NCBI GenBank assembly: GCA_038143065.1 | Contig: JAYQLI010000035.1 | Coordinates: 2,752,894-2,816,893, forward strand | Direction: 5' to 3' | DNA length: 64,000 bases | From: Rhodospirillales bacterium | GTDB lineage: Bacteria; Pseudomonadota; Alphaproteobacteria; Bin95 | Shown: positions 22,366 through 31,312 of the stretch, in pieces | Position numbering within the stretch: the stretch's first letter is position 1 | Layout of the letters: every line of letters begins with the position of its first letter | Notes under the pieces: generated by a model | Database searches by the model: none | The model's input: the letters and a program-made list of their open reading frames with translations, nothing else | What the model was told of the DNA's origin: nothing | Translations under genes and position numbers: made by a program

Positions 22366-23178
22366 TTAACTCAGCTTTGTTTTAAAGCGAGATCCTGGAG
22401 GAGGGGGATTATTAGGTGGGCCAGCGAAACATTGTGCTTGCCTCATCCAATTCTTCGCACTTTTTCCGGATACTTCGAGTGCTACGTCTTCAATATTCCG
22501 TGTTTGTGTCACAACCTGGCAAAACTCTGTTGCCGCACCTTTCACAAATTCTCCAGAATTAATTTGATCCGAATTCCATTCCCATATTGCCCCTGATGGT
22601 GCATTCAGAAGGATATGCGGTGGTGGTCCTGGAGGAGCCTCTCCACGATTGGAAAAAGTCCAATTAAATGTGATTGCCCCAAGATGAGCGATGGCTCGGA
22701 TCCTATCATCATCTTGCCTTTCGGTGCCCAACAAATCATAGATTGCTTGGGAATGAGACCATGTTTCCATAAGGCGTGCTGTTATACTTGACCGGGCACT
22801 CATTTCGGGTCCTACCCATGCAACACGGTGTTTTGGTTCTGCCTCTGCGTAAGCACTTGCTGTTTCAGCGGAAGATTCAAGCCAAGCTTTTACGAGGGCT
22901 TGTCCCTCTAATCCTTTCACCCAGCCCCGTTGGTATTCAAAGCGTGAAATTCCACTTTCCGATGCTTTTATTCGAGCATGCTGGGCCGCCTGAAACGCTT
23001 CTGGGTCAATGAGTGTTAGCCTTGCGTTGGTGTCACCCATATAAAGGTGCGCAAAAATATCGTTAAGGGTCCACCCTTTAAATTGCGTTTCGCGGTTGAA
23101 TTCAGTGTCGTTGAGAGGGGTGACTAGTTTCTTAAGCGCCTGGCATTCGGCGGCAAAGTCATCGGCCTCTTTGATCAT
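22366..23178 (-). CDS. TIGR03084-like metal-binding protein (mycothiol-dependent maleylpyruvate isomerase N-terminal fold)
   Basis: GWT..D..AHL, WVGPEMSARSSITARLMETWSHSQ, FCQVVTQTRN, AQCFAGPP. Confidence 0.8.
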   Translation of the reverse strand: MIKEADDFAAECQALKKLVTPLNDTEFNRETQFKGWTLNDIFAHLYMGDTNARLTLIDPEAFQAAQHARIKASESGISRFEYQRGWVKGLEGQALVKAWLESSAETASAYAEAEPKHRVAWVGPEMSARSSITARLMETWSHSQAIYDLLGTERQDDDRIRAIAHLGAITFNWTFSNRGEAPPGPPPHILLNAPSGAIWEWNSDQINSGEFVKGAATEFCQVVTQTRNIEDVALEVSGKSAKNWMRQAQCFAGPPNNPPPPGSRFKTKLS

Positions 23179-23404
23179 AGGTTGGTTCCTTGTGGCAATG
23201 TGTATTTAGAGATACTCAGATGACTAGTTTGTAGGTTAACGGGCAATGTTTTTGAACAATATTTCATACGGGTAACTTAGTTGCAAAATACAAAGTAGTA
23301 AGAAAATATAATGATTGTTTTAAGGTAACTGCCGCAAGTTCGTTTGTTAGGTACCTTTTTAATTAATTCTAATGAAGCCCAAATAGATTTTGATGAGGAA
23401 GCAA

Positions 23405-24082
23405 ATGATGCAGATAGGTTTTCGCATTCGTGACAATAAAGACAAGGTTTCTGATGCCATATCTGCACAGTTCAAAGATATGCCGGTTGCTAATGTTTCT
23501 GACTGTATGGCGAGGATGACCGCGGGAGGCCCAACTCTAAGGCCAATGCATGAATCAGGTTCACTTTCAGGGCCAGCGTTAACTGTCAAAACCCGACCTG
23601 GTGATAATCTTTTGCTTCACAAAGCGATTGATATGGCCAGGCCCGGCGATGTTATCGTTTGCGATGGTGGGGGTGATTGCACAAACTCGCTGATGGGCGA
23701 GATAATGTTAGCCTATGCAATAACTAGAGGCGTGGCTGGCTTTGTTATCAACGGAGCTATCCGCGATCTTGATGCTTTTAAAGAACGAAATTTGCCTGTC
23801 TTTGCAGCAGGTGTTTCTCACCGTGGACCTTATAAGGACGGACCCGGTGAAATTGGTTATGCGATTGCTATTGATGGAATGGTCATTCAGCCAGGCGACC
23901 TTGTTATTGGAGATTCGGATGGGGTTCTTTGTGTGCCAAAAAACTCGGCCGAAGAAGTTTTAAAAGCAACCCAGGCTAAAAATGAAGCAGAAGTAAAACA
24001 ATTTGCTGAAATTGAGGCAGGTACAGTTAATCGTGGGTGGGTGGATGACACTCTCAAGCGGTTAGGATGTGTGATGGAATAA
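23405..24082 (+). CDS. RraA / HMG-aldolase family protein
   Basis: ANVSDCM, GPALTVKTRPGDNL, GEIM, GAIRD, GDLVIGDSDGV. Confidence 0.88.
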   Translation: MMQIGFRIRDNKDKVSDAISAQFKDMPVANVSDCMARMTAGGPTLRPMHESGSLSGPALTVKTRPGDNLLLHKAIDMARPGDVIVCDGGGDCTNSLMGEIMLAYAITRGVAGFVINGAIRDLDAFKERNLPVFAAGVSHRGPYKDGPGEIGYAIAIDGMVIQPGDLVIGDSDGVLCVPKNSAEEVLKATQAKNEAEVKQFAEIEAGTVNRGWVDDTLKRLGCVME

Positions 24083-24090
24083 CGCCTAAA

Positions 24091-24999
24091 TTATCCGTAC
24101 TTGCTCTGAAGTAGCCATCTCACCCAGTTGCTATAAAAAATACATGAATTGCTCCCCCAAGTTTGTTTAGGCTCTTGGTTAGGGTCGTCATCTGGATAGT
24201 AATTTTCAGGTAAGGATATTTCATTACCCTTCTGAAGGTCTCGACGGTATTCAGCATCTAATGTGAGAGCGTCGTACTCAAAGTGATTCAAAACGTGAAG
24301 GTGTTGCAAACGTTTGTCAAATAGTGCGCCAAGCCCAGACTGTTCTGAAAAAAGAAGCGGTTTTAAATGAGAAAATTTTCTCAAATCGTCTATTTTGGTC
24401 TCAGTCCAACGAGAAACAGGCATTGATGGTTTTGTATCTAGAGATTTTAAAAAAGGTAGGTCTGCTTCACAGAGTGTGTGCTCGTAAACACCAAATTTCT
24501 TCGAAGCCATTAAGTGCTTTGGAATATCATAGTAGTGGTAAAGTGCAGCTTGGGCTCCCCAGCAGAGACTTAGAAGTGGAAGCCCGTTGGTACCATTTTT
24601 CCCCCGGACCCAATCTAAAATTTCTGTCATTTCTCTCCAATAGATAACATCTTCAAACGGCAGTATTTCTATAGGGGCTCCAGTTATTATAACCGCATCA
24701 AACGATGAGTTTGGTCCCAAAGCTGGCCAACGTTTGTAAAATTGATCAAGGTGTCCTGGGGGTGCATTCTTTGCGGCATAATTTGACGGTGCAGCAAAAG
24801 TCAGCGAAACATTTTCGTTCGTTTGGCCAAGGACCCTGGCTAATTGGAGTTCTGTATCCAATTTTTTGGGCATCAAATTAAATACACAAATTTCAAGGCG
24901 ACGGGTGATATCCATGCTGCCTTCGGTAGTGTACACATCTAAGCCTTCGGCCGCGAGAGAAGCTGCGGCCGGTAAATTTTCTGGAAGAATTATACTCAT
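24091..24999 (-). CDS. metA: Homoserine O-acyltransferase of the MetA family, predicted O-acetyltransferase
   Basis: NLMPKK..TE.Q, TGAPIE (Glu at the specificity position indicates acetyl), catalytic CWGAQA, HFEYD, NYYPDDDP. Confidence 0.9.
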   Translation of the reverse strand: MSIILPENLPAAASLAAEGLDVYTTEGSMDITRRLEICVFNLMPKKLDTELQLARVLGQTNENVSLTFAAPSNYAAKNAPPGHLDQFYKRWPALGPNSSFDAVIITGAPIEILPFEDVIYWREMTEILDWVRGKNGTNGLPLLSLCWGAQAALYHYYDIPKHLMASKKFGVYEHTLCEADLPFLKSLDTKPSMPVSRWTETKIDDLRKFSHLKPLLFSEQSGLGALFDKRLQHLHVLNHFEYDALTLDAEYRRDLQKGNEISLPENYYPDDDPNQEPKQTWGSNSCIFYSNWVRWLLQSKYG

Positions 25000-25949
25000 C
25001 CAGCAATGTTCCGATTGCGTGATTCAAGACGAGTTCTGCAGGTTGCAATATACCTGTTAGCTGTTTCTGTGCCGAAGGGATTTTCTTTAATTTCTCGCAT
25101 GAGGGCGTTGTAAAGAATTTCCATAAAGTTCTCAGGGTCAGGAGTGGTATCGGTGTTAGGGCCGAATAGTTCGGCAGCGTCGATAGTCACACCAAAGCGC
25201 GTTGCCATGCGCTCATACCTCGGTTTTCTAAACTCTAGTAATTCTGGAAAAAGTGGTCTGGCAAACTCTATTGGGTTTATGCCAACGCCATCTTCAGGTG
25301 TCTTCTCAAGCTTTGGGCCTATGAAATTAGGGTTGTAGAAAAGCGGTTTGGGATGGCTTCTAGCTCGTTCCTTTAAAGCTTCTTCTGCGTAGGCGTCCGC
25401 TCTTATGTAAAGAATGAGCGAGTTGTCTATTAGGGGCCTAATGACCGGGTCTTCTGGATCATCAGGGGTAACGATTTCACACAGAGAACCAGATGCGTCG
25501 TTTACGAAAGAACTACAACTATAAATATTCCAAGATTTGGAGATGAAGTGAGGTACGTCCTTCATTGATTGGATCTCAGCCTGTCTGTAGAGATTTTGTC
25601 TCTGAAGAAATTCTGTTTTTTTGAGGCCGCCAAATTCTGGGTCGCCATAGATGCCAAGAAATGTGGAAACAGGCTCTAGATTATCTACCGATATATTATG
25701 ACCAATAAAAATTGAGTCGGACCGTAATAAATTTGCGACGAATGGATCTTCCATGGACATAATTTTGAATTTCACGTTATCCAAAATTGGTTCAGACAGA
25801 TAACGCGTCCCGATCCGATAATCGGCCGAATAATGAAACCAACCTCCATCGCGTCTGAGCGTTTTGGAAAGTGTTGTCTTGCCAACCCCAGACATTCCTA
25901 GAAGCGAGATGGCATGCGGCATTTGGGAGAATTCAGTCAGATCGATCAT
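24996..25949 (-). CDS. Uncharacterised P-loop ATPase/kinase-like protein coupled to metA
   Basis: Walker A GMSGVGKT, WFHYSADYRIGTRY, DASGSLCE, PKPLFY; stop overlaps the metA start (ATGA). Confidence 0.8.
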   Translation of the reverse strand: MIDLTEFSQMPHAISLLGMSGVGKTTLSKTLRRDGGWFHYSADYRIGTRYLSEPILDNVKFKIMSMEDPFVANLLRSDSIFIGHNISVDNLEPVSTFLGIYGDPEFGGLKKTEFLQRQNLYRQAEIQSMKDVPHFISKSWNIYSCSSFVNDASGSLCEIVTPDDPEDPVIRPLIDNSLILYIRADAYAEEALKERARSHPKPLFYNPNFIGPKLEKTPEDGVGINPIEFARPLFPELLEFRKPRYERMATRFGVTIDAAELFGPNTDTTPDPENFMEILYNALMREIKENPFGTETANRYIATCRTRLESRNRNIAG

Positions 25950-26067
25950 GAGTAAGGTAGACTTATTATTTTCCTGAAAGGTCGCGGATGATAGGGCCAG
26001 ACTTGAGGAATGCAAGCGCTGGTTAACTATTGGCAGTCGTGTCTGGGCATCTTATATGGCGTAGACA

Positions 26068-26556
26068 ATGATTACTTCACGATCAATTATGTTAACGGCT
26101 GCCTTTGACCGACTTGACCGCGGTGCGATGGAGATAGCTGCCACTGCTCTGGCTGCTAATCTTCAACTTGGTGATTGTATTGTGTTGGCGGGTCCTCTTG
26201 CTGCCGGCAAGACCACTTTCGTTCAGGCGCTAGCTAAAGCCCTTGGTGAGGTGGATGAGATCACAAGTCCAACATTCACCCTTGCTCACTTCCACACTAA
26301 TGGCCGTCTTCCGTTGTTACATATTGATGCCTATCGCCTAGAGAGTAGTCACTCATTTAAAGATCTTGCTTTAGACGATTTTTACGAAACCCACGTAACC
26401 GCCATTGAATGGGGTGAGAAATTTATAAATTTTTTGCCAGAATATTATAGAGTTGAGTTAGTTCCTGATGGAGAGGATACTCGTCGTCTCATTGTCAGTG
26501 TCCCCGCACAAAAAGATGAGAATTTGAAAAAAATTTCTAGGGCACTCGGCAGATGA
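26068..26556 (+). CDS. tsaE: TsaE-like ATPase (t6A pathway)
   Basis: GPLAAGKTT, ITSPTFTL, HIDAYRL, IEWG. Confidence 0.88.
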   Translation: MITSRSIMLTAAFDRLDRGAMEIAATALAANLQLGDCIVLAGPLAAGKTTFVQALAKALGEVDEITSPTFTLAHFHTNGRLPLLHIDAYRLESSHSFKDLALDDFYETHVTAIEWGEKFINFLPEYYRVELVPDGEDTRRLIVSVPAQKDENLKKISRALGR

Positions 26557-27188
26557 CACTTACACTTTGCCTTCATTCATCCTCGGCGAAGCCATCTGTA
26601 TTTGTTTTCCGAGATGGTCAGAAATTCGCACCAAAAATCGATAATTGTATAGGGGATCCTGCATCTGGGCCTTCAATTGCAGAATTAGCAGCAGATGCTC
26701 TCTCAGCTGCTGATGCCGGTGCAGATGATGTAGACCAGATAGCGATTGATATTGGTCCTGGAAGACTTAGTGCTGTTAGAGCTGCTGTAGCCTTTACGAA
26801 TGCTTTTAGTTTTGGATTGGGTAAGCCAGTTCTCCCTATTATTTCAAGTTTTGCAGTCGGTTTACTTGCTGAGAGAAAATTTGGATTACCTGCAATTGTG
26901 GTCCATAAATCGGCAGGGGGTACAGCTTTTGTAGGGCGTGTTGTAAACGGCTCTTTGGAAACATTACGTCATGGTTCCATAGATAAAACAGTCAGATTAG
27001 TTGCCAAAGGATTAGAATCCGTATCCCTCGTTGGGGCACCAGCCTCTTTGCTGAAAGATATAGAAGTAACACAGATGGGGAATCCAGAAATTTCAGATGA
27101 AATATTCCCTGAGCTCATCAAAATTGGAGAGTTTGTGGATGCTCCTGTTCACCCAATCACAGAACAATCGGCTTTGATTAATGTCTAA
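26553..27188 (+). CDS. tsaB: Divergent TsaB-like protein
   Basis: IAIDIGPGRLSAVRAAVAFTNAFSFGLGKPV resembles TsaB IAVxxGPGSFTGxRxG; between tsaE and tsaC. Confidence 0.65.
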   Translation: MTLTLCLHSSSAKPSVFVFRDGQKFAPKIDNCIGDPASGPSIAELAADALSAADAGADDVDQIAIDIGPGRLSAVRAAVAFTNAFSFGLGKPVLPIISSFAVGLLAERKFGLPAIVVHKSAGGTAFVGRVVNGSLETLRHGSIDKTVRLVAKGLESVSLVGAPASLLKDIEVTQMGNPEISDEIFPELIKIGEFVDAPVHPITEQSALINV

Positions 27189-27756
27189 AGAAAGTGCTTT
27201 TAAAGCCGCCAATACTCTTCAAGCTGGAGGTGTTATCTTAGCCCCAACAGATACGGTCTATGGGCTAATGGCATTGCCTTGTCACGACGATGCCAGGGCG
27301 AAAATTTTCAGGCTGAAGAGGCGCCCTGAACATATGAACCTGCAGCTACTTTGCCCAACTGCTTTCGATCCCAAGGATATAGGTGCAATCGTACCTTCAA
27401 TTGCGGCAGAACTTTTGCGTTGCGATGATATTCGTTCAAAAATTACCTTTATCCTGCCACTGGATCTGTCTGAAAAGCCAAGATGGTTGTCTGATCGTGT
27501 TGAGGTAGGAATAAGAATTCCGGCTGCTTCTTCTCTACAGGAGATGCTATTAAGCACTGGGCCTGTATTTGCCACATCAGCGAATGCGCATGGCAATAAG
27601 CCGGGTAAGACCGTGAGTGCAATACTCTCCCAACTAGATGGTTCTCCAGACTTTGTATGGGATGCTGGGCCGCTATCTGATGAGGCCTCCACAGTAATTA
27701 ATTTCAATATTGACCCTCCTGTAGAACTTCGGCGAGGTGCGGCTGGAGATCTCTAA
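27181..27756 (+). CDS. tsaC: Threonylcarbamoyl-AMP synthase, YrdC-only (TsaC-like)
   Basis: PTDTVYGL, KRRP (KxR), GIRIP, TSAN, ASTVI, LRRGA. Confidence 0.85.
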   Translation: MSKESAFKAANTLQAGGVILAPTDTVYGLMALPCHDDARAKIFRLKRRPEHMNLQLLCPTAFDPKDIGAIVPSIAAELLRCDDIRSKITFILPLDLSEKPRWLSDRVEVGIRIPAASSLQEMLLSTGPVFATSANAHGNKPGKTVSAILSQLDGSPDFVWDAGPLSDEASTVINFNIDPPVELRRGAAGDL

Positions 27757-27770
27757 ATTTGGTGTTCATT

Positions 27771-28765
27771 ATGACTGAACAGCTAATTTTAGGTATTGAA
27801 TCCTCTTGCGATGATACAGCTGTTGCGCTGGTTTCTGAGACAGGTGACGTAATATCCGCAATTACACAAAACCAGGTGCGGATTCATAAAGAGTGGGGAG
27901 GTGTATTTCCCGAATTAGCTAGTCGAGCGCATGCGGCTGAAATTATCCCAACTATCAAAGCTGTAATGGCTCAAGCCAATGTTAGTTTGGACTTAATTAG
28001 GGCTATCGCTGTCACTCGTGGCCCAGGACTTATTGGCCCATTAATGGTCGGGGTAAATTCAGCAGCTGGCCTTGGAATGGCTTGGGGGAAGCCGGTAATC
28101 GGCATCAACCACCTTCGCGGTCATTTGCGCAGTGCAGCCTTAGAAGGTGGAAATGTGAAGTATCCAGCCTTGGTGTTGCTGGTCTCTGGTGGCCATACAT
28201 TACTCGCTCTAATGACTAACCCGGATGACGTGAAAATTCTTGGCTCTAGTAGAGATGATTCTGTAGGTGAGGCCTATGATAAAACAGCAAGACTACTCGG
28301 TCTTGGATTTCCAGGTGGGCCAGAGATAGATAAACTCGCCAAACTTGGAAGACCGAATATTGAATTTCCACGTCCGATGTTGAGAGAAGGACTTGAATTC
28401 TCCTTCTCTGGGTTGAAGGCCGCCGTTGCTCGATATGTTGAGCGATACCTGATAGTGAGTCTAAGGATGTGGCGGCTTCATTTGTAGCCTCAGTACTTGA
28501 TGTTTTAGCAAGTAAATGTGCTATGGCCTTAAAAGAGACCAAAGCCTCCTCTTTGGTTGTAGTGGGTGGTGTGGCGGCAAGCCCGCAAGTTCGTCATCGG
28601 ATGGAAGAAGTCGCAGTCAGTGCAGGAGCTGAGCTTTCTTTACCCCCTCTGAAATGGTCAACTGACAATGGTGCAATGATAGCATTGGCTGGATGGGATT
28701 ATGTTAGGTCAGGGCGGTATCCATTGCTCAGACCTGTTGCTCGGCTTTCAATCCAGGATTTTTAA
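27771..28765 (+). CDS. tsaD: TsaD-like carbamoyltransferase; 1-nt deletion near 28448
   Basis: LGIESSCDDT, PELASRAH, GPGL, NHLRGH, LVSGGHT, GEAYDK..RLLGL.FPGGP, FSFSGLK; next frame GGVAAS and TDNGAMIA. Confidence 0.9.
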
Positions 28766-28796
28766 GTGCAAGCTTTCTCTAATTTTGGAGAATCAA

Positions 28797-29678
28797 ATGC
28801 AGAAAACGTCCGAAGATACTAGAATTATCTTAGACCCACTTGGGTATGCTTTGGGCGCTGAAATTAGCGGTTTAGATATATCGCTTCCGCCAAATCGGAA
28901 GGATGTTGAGGCGGTAAATGCTATCTGGCAGGAACACCATGTTATGGTTTTTAGAGGTAGAAAGTTGCAGCCAAGTGAGATTGTAAATTTTGCCCAAGAA
29001 TTTGGTCAGTTAGATGACCATGCTTCAACCCCATTCTACAGGCATAAAGATTTTCCCCAACTGCTGCAAATTACTAATCGCTCAATAGATGGAAGACCTT
29101 CTGAGACCCGAAACACTGGTAGAAATTGGCATTCTGATTATTCTTACACGGGGCGGCCGGCAGCGGCATCAATGTTGTACTGCGATCAGAGACCGCCCGT
29201 CGGTGGTGACACCATGATTGCTAAGATGGTTCGGGCTTATGAGACTCTCTCTACTACGATGCATGGCATCGTTGTTAATCTCCACGCTGTTTATGATATT
29301 TCATTAACTGCCGGTTTAAACGAGCGTGACCCTGACAAAACGAAAGAAGTTCGATTGCTGAATCCGCCCATCGCTCATCCAGCGGTTCGGGTACATCCAC
29401 GAAGTGGGAAGCGCGCTCTCTACGTGTCGGAACGGGTATCTCATTTTCACGGAATGACAAGATCAGAAAGCAGGCCCTTGATAGACTTTTTGTGCTCTCA
29501 CGCAACCCAGCCAGAAAATATCTATCGCCATGTGTGGCAAGAGGGAGATTTAGTGTGTTGGGATAATCGCACGGTGATGCATATCGCGCTTGCTGATTTT
29601 GACGAGGGCAAGCCCCGTCATATGTTGAGAGCTACAGTGCTTGGAGAGCCATCTGGTTTCATTGTCGGAGAACATTAG
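28797..29678 (+). CDS. TauD/TfdA family Fe(II)/2-oxoglutarate dioxygenase
   Basis: LGAEISGLD, WHSD (HxD), GGDT, HPAVRVHP.SGKRALY, WDNR..MH; GGAG RBS. Confidence 0.9.
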   Translation: MQKTSEDTRIILDPLGYALGAEISGLDISLPPNRKDVEAVNAIWQEHHVMVFRGRKLQPSEIVNFAQEFGQLDDHASTPFYRHKDFPQLLQITNRSIDGRPSETRNTGRNWHSDYSYTGRPAAASMLYCDQRPPVGGDTMIAKMVRAYETLSTTMHGIVVNLHAVYDISLTAGLNERDPDKTKEVRLLNPPIAHPAVRVHPRSGKRALYVSERVSHFHGMTRSESRPLIDFLCSHATQPENIYRHVWQEGDLVCWDNRTVMHIALADFDEGKPRHMLRATVLGEPSGFIVGEH

Positions 29679-29728
29679 GCCAAGCTAACAGCTTCATAAC
29701 TAACAGGCCTGCCTGTCAGTTATGGTGA

Positions 29729-30256
29729 TTATCCGTTCTGATGCATCCAGCGAGCATGGTTGGGTGCCCGCTTTGTTTGAGTCCATTCCTCAAGCATTTC
29801 CCATTTGACGTCATCTAATTTTTTGCGCATCTCCGTGGTGCCCGTATTCACCGCCAATTCACACCGGTGTCCATTTGGATCGAAAAAATAAATTGATTTG
29901 AAGATGGTGTGGTCGACCGGACCTATAACCTCAATCCCATCAGCTTCCATTTTGGCCTTAGCATTTTCAAGTTCTGCGAGTGTTGAAACCTTAAAGGCTA
30001 AATGCTGCACCCAAGCCGGTGTGTTGTGATCTCTACCCATTGCTGGTTTCGTTGGTAGTTCAAAAAACGCAAGAACATTTTCGCCTCCAGCATCCAAGAA
30101 TACATGCATATAAGGCTCAGGCTCTTTTGTTGAAGGGACTTGGTCTTCAGCGATCGCAAGTATAAAATCCATGTTGAGGTATTTGCCATACCATTCAACC
30201 GTCTCTTTTGCATCCCTGCATCTGTACGCCACATGATGCACACCTTGAAGTTTCAT
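29729..30256 (-). CDS. VOC/glyoxalase family protein
   Basis: HHVAYRC, YMHVFLD, LAFFE, HLAF, SIYFFDPNGHRCE. Confidence 0.88.
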   Translation of the reverse strand: MKLQGVHHVAYRCRDAKETVEWYGKYLNMDFILAIAEDQVPSTKEPEPYMHVFLDAGGENVLAFFELPTKPAMGRDHNTPAWVQHLAFKVSTLAELENAKAKMEADGIEVIGPVDHTIFKSIYFFDPNGHRCELAVNTGTTEMRKKLDDVKWEMLEEWTQTKRAPNHARWMHQNG

Positions 30257-30398
30257 AGCGCGTATCTCCTTTGGTCTTTAGAGATAATCTCAGTTAATAA
30301 GGTATTCTGGCAAGTTTGTAGGAAGGATTAGCTTCTCTAAGTCTAAGCCTTGCTCTAAACAGTAAGCCAGACCATCATTTTAAAACTCGAAAGCTATT

Positions 30399-31241
30399 GT
30401 GGCGATGCCAGAAGTTGATGCTATGACTTTAGATGCTCTCCGCCAAGAGATTGATCGGATCGATGGTGAGATACATAAACTACTCCTTGCACGCGCTGAA
30501 GTTGTTACAAATGTTGCAGCGGCGAAGGCTAACGCTAGTGATGGCAGTCCCGCCCCAGCTTTTCGTGCGGCCCGGGAGGCCGACGTATTACGGCAGCTGG
30601 TAGCCCGCCATAGAGGACCCCTGAAGCTGCGGTCTCTAGTTCGCATCTGGCGCGAAATTATGTCTGGAATGACTGAAATTCAGCAGCAAATCGTTGTTGC
30701 TGTGCATGTGCCAGAAACAGCTGATAAAACGGGTTGGGATATCGCACGAGATCACTTTGGTCTTGGGATGAAATATTTGCCGCTGCGTTCTTCACGGGAG
30801 GTTGTTGCAGCTGTTAACGATGGTCGTGCCGGAATAGGTGTTCTGTCTGCTCCAGATGCTGGAAGTGATGGAGATCAATGGTGGCCCTTGCTTGCAGCAG
30901 TTTCCGAAGAAATGCCGAAAATTGTTATGAAGTTGCCATTTTTGCTTTCCAAAGAGTCAGTTACAACAAATTCAAAGGTTGCAATTTGCATGCCTGGGCC
31001 TGAACCAGAAATCTTGGATGCGGCATATGTGGTTATCGAGACCGTGCCTGGCATTTCGCGTGAGAAAGTTGCAAGTACATTAAGGGCAGCGGGGATTGAA
31101 CCCAAGGTACTACATTCAGACCCCAAAACCTCCTTTTATTTGGCGGAGATAGAAACTACTTCGACTGATGCAGTTGATCGTAGGGTGATCAAAAATATAG
31201 TTTCAATCGGTGGTTATCCGACTCAAATAGCAACCGAGTGA
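30399..31241 (+). CDS. Chorismate mutase with C-terminal prephenate-dehydratase-like region
   Basis: LDALRQEIDRID..IH.LL..R, REA, IWREIMS; upstream of hisC-tyrA. Confidence 0.85.
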   Translation: MAMPEVDAMTLDALRQEIDRIDGEIHKLLLARAEVVTNVAAAKANASDGSPAPAFRAAREADVLRQLVARHRGPLKLRSLVRIWREIMSGMTEIQQQIVVAVHVPETADKTGWDIARDHFGLGMKYLPLRSSREVVAAVNDGRAGIGVLSAPDAGSDGDQWWPLLAAVSEEMPKIVMKLPFLLSKESVTTNSKVAICMPGPEPEILDAAYVVIETVPGISREKVASTLRAAGIEPKVLHSDPKTSFYLAEIETTSTDAVDRRVIKNIVSIGGYPTQIATE

Positions 31242-31312
31242 TTGACCTGTAAACTTTAATCTTAACATTCAATGAGAGAGCTGCTCCAAAGACAGCTAAA
31301 CGGATTGATATC

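Noticed and set aside
26016-29728. Recent mobile-element origin of the tsa operon
   Set aside because: No flanking direct or inverted repeats, transposase or obvious composition shift by eye. Older horizontal transfer remains possible but is untested.
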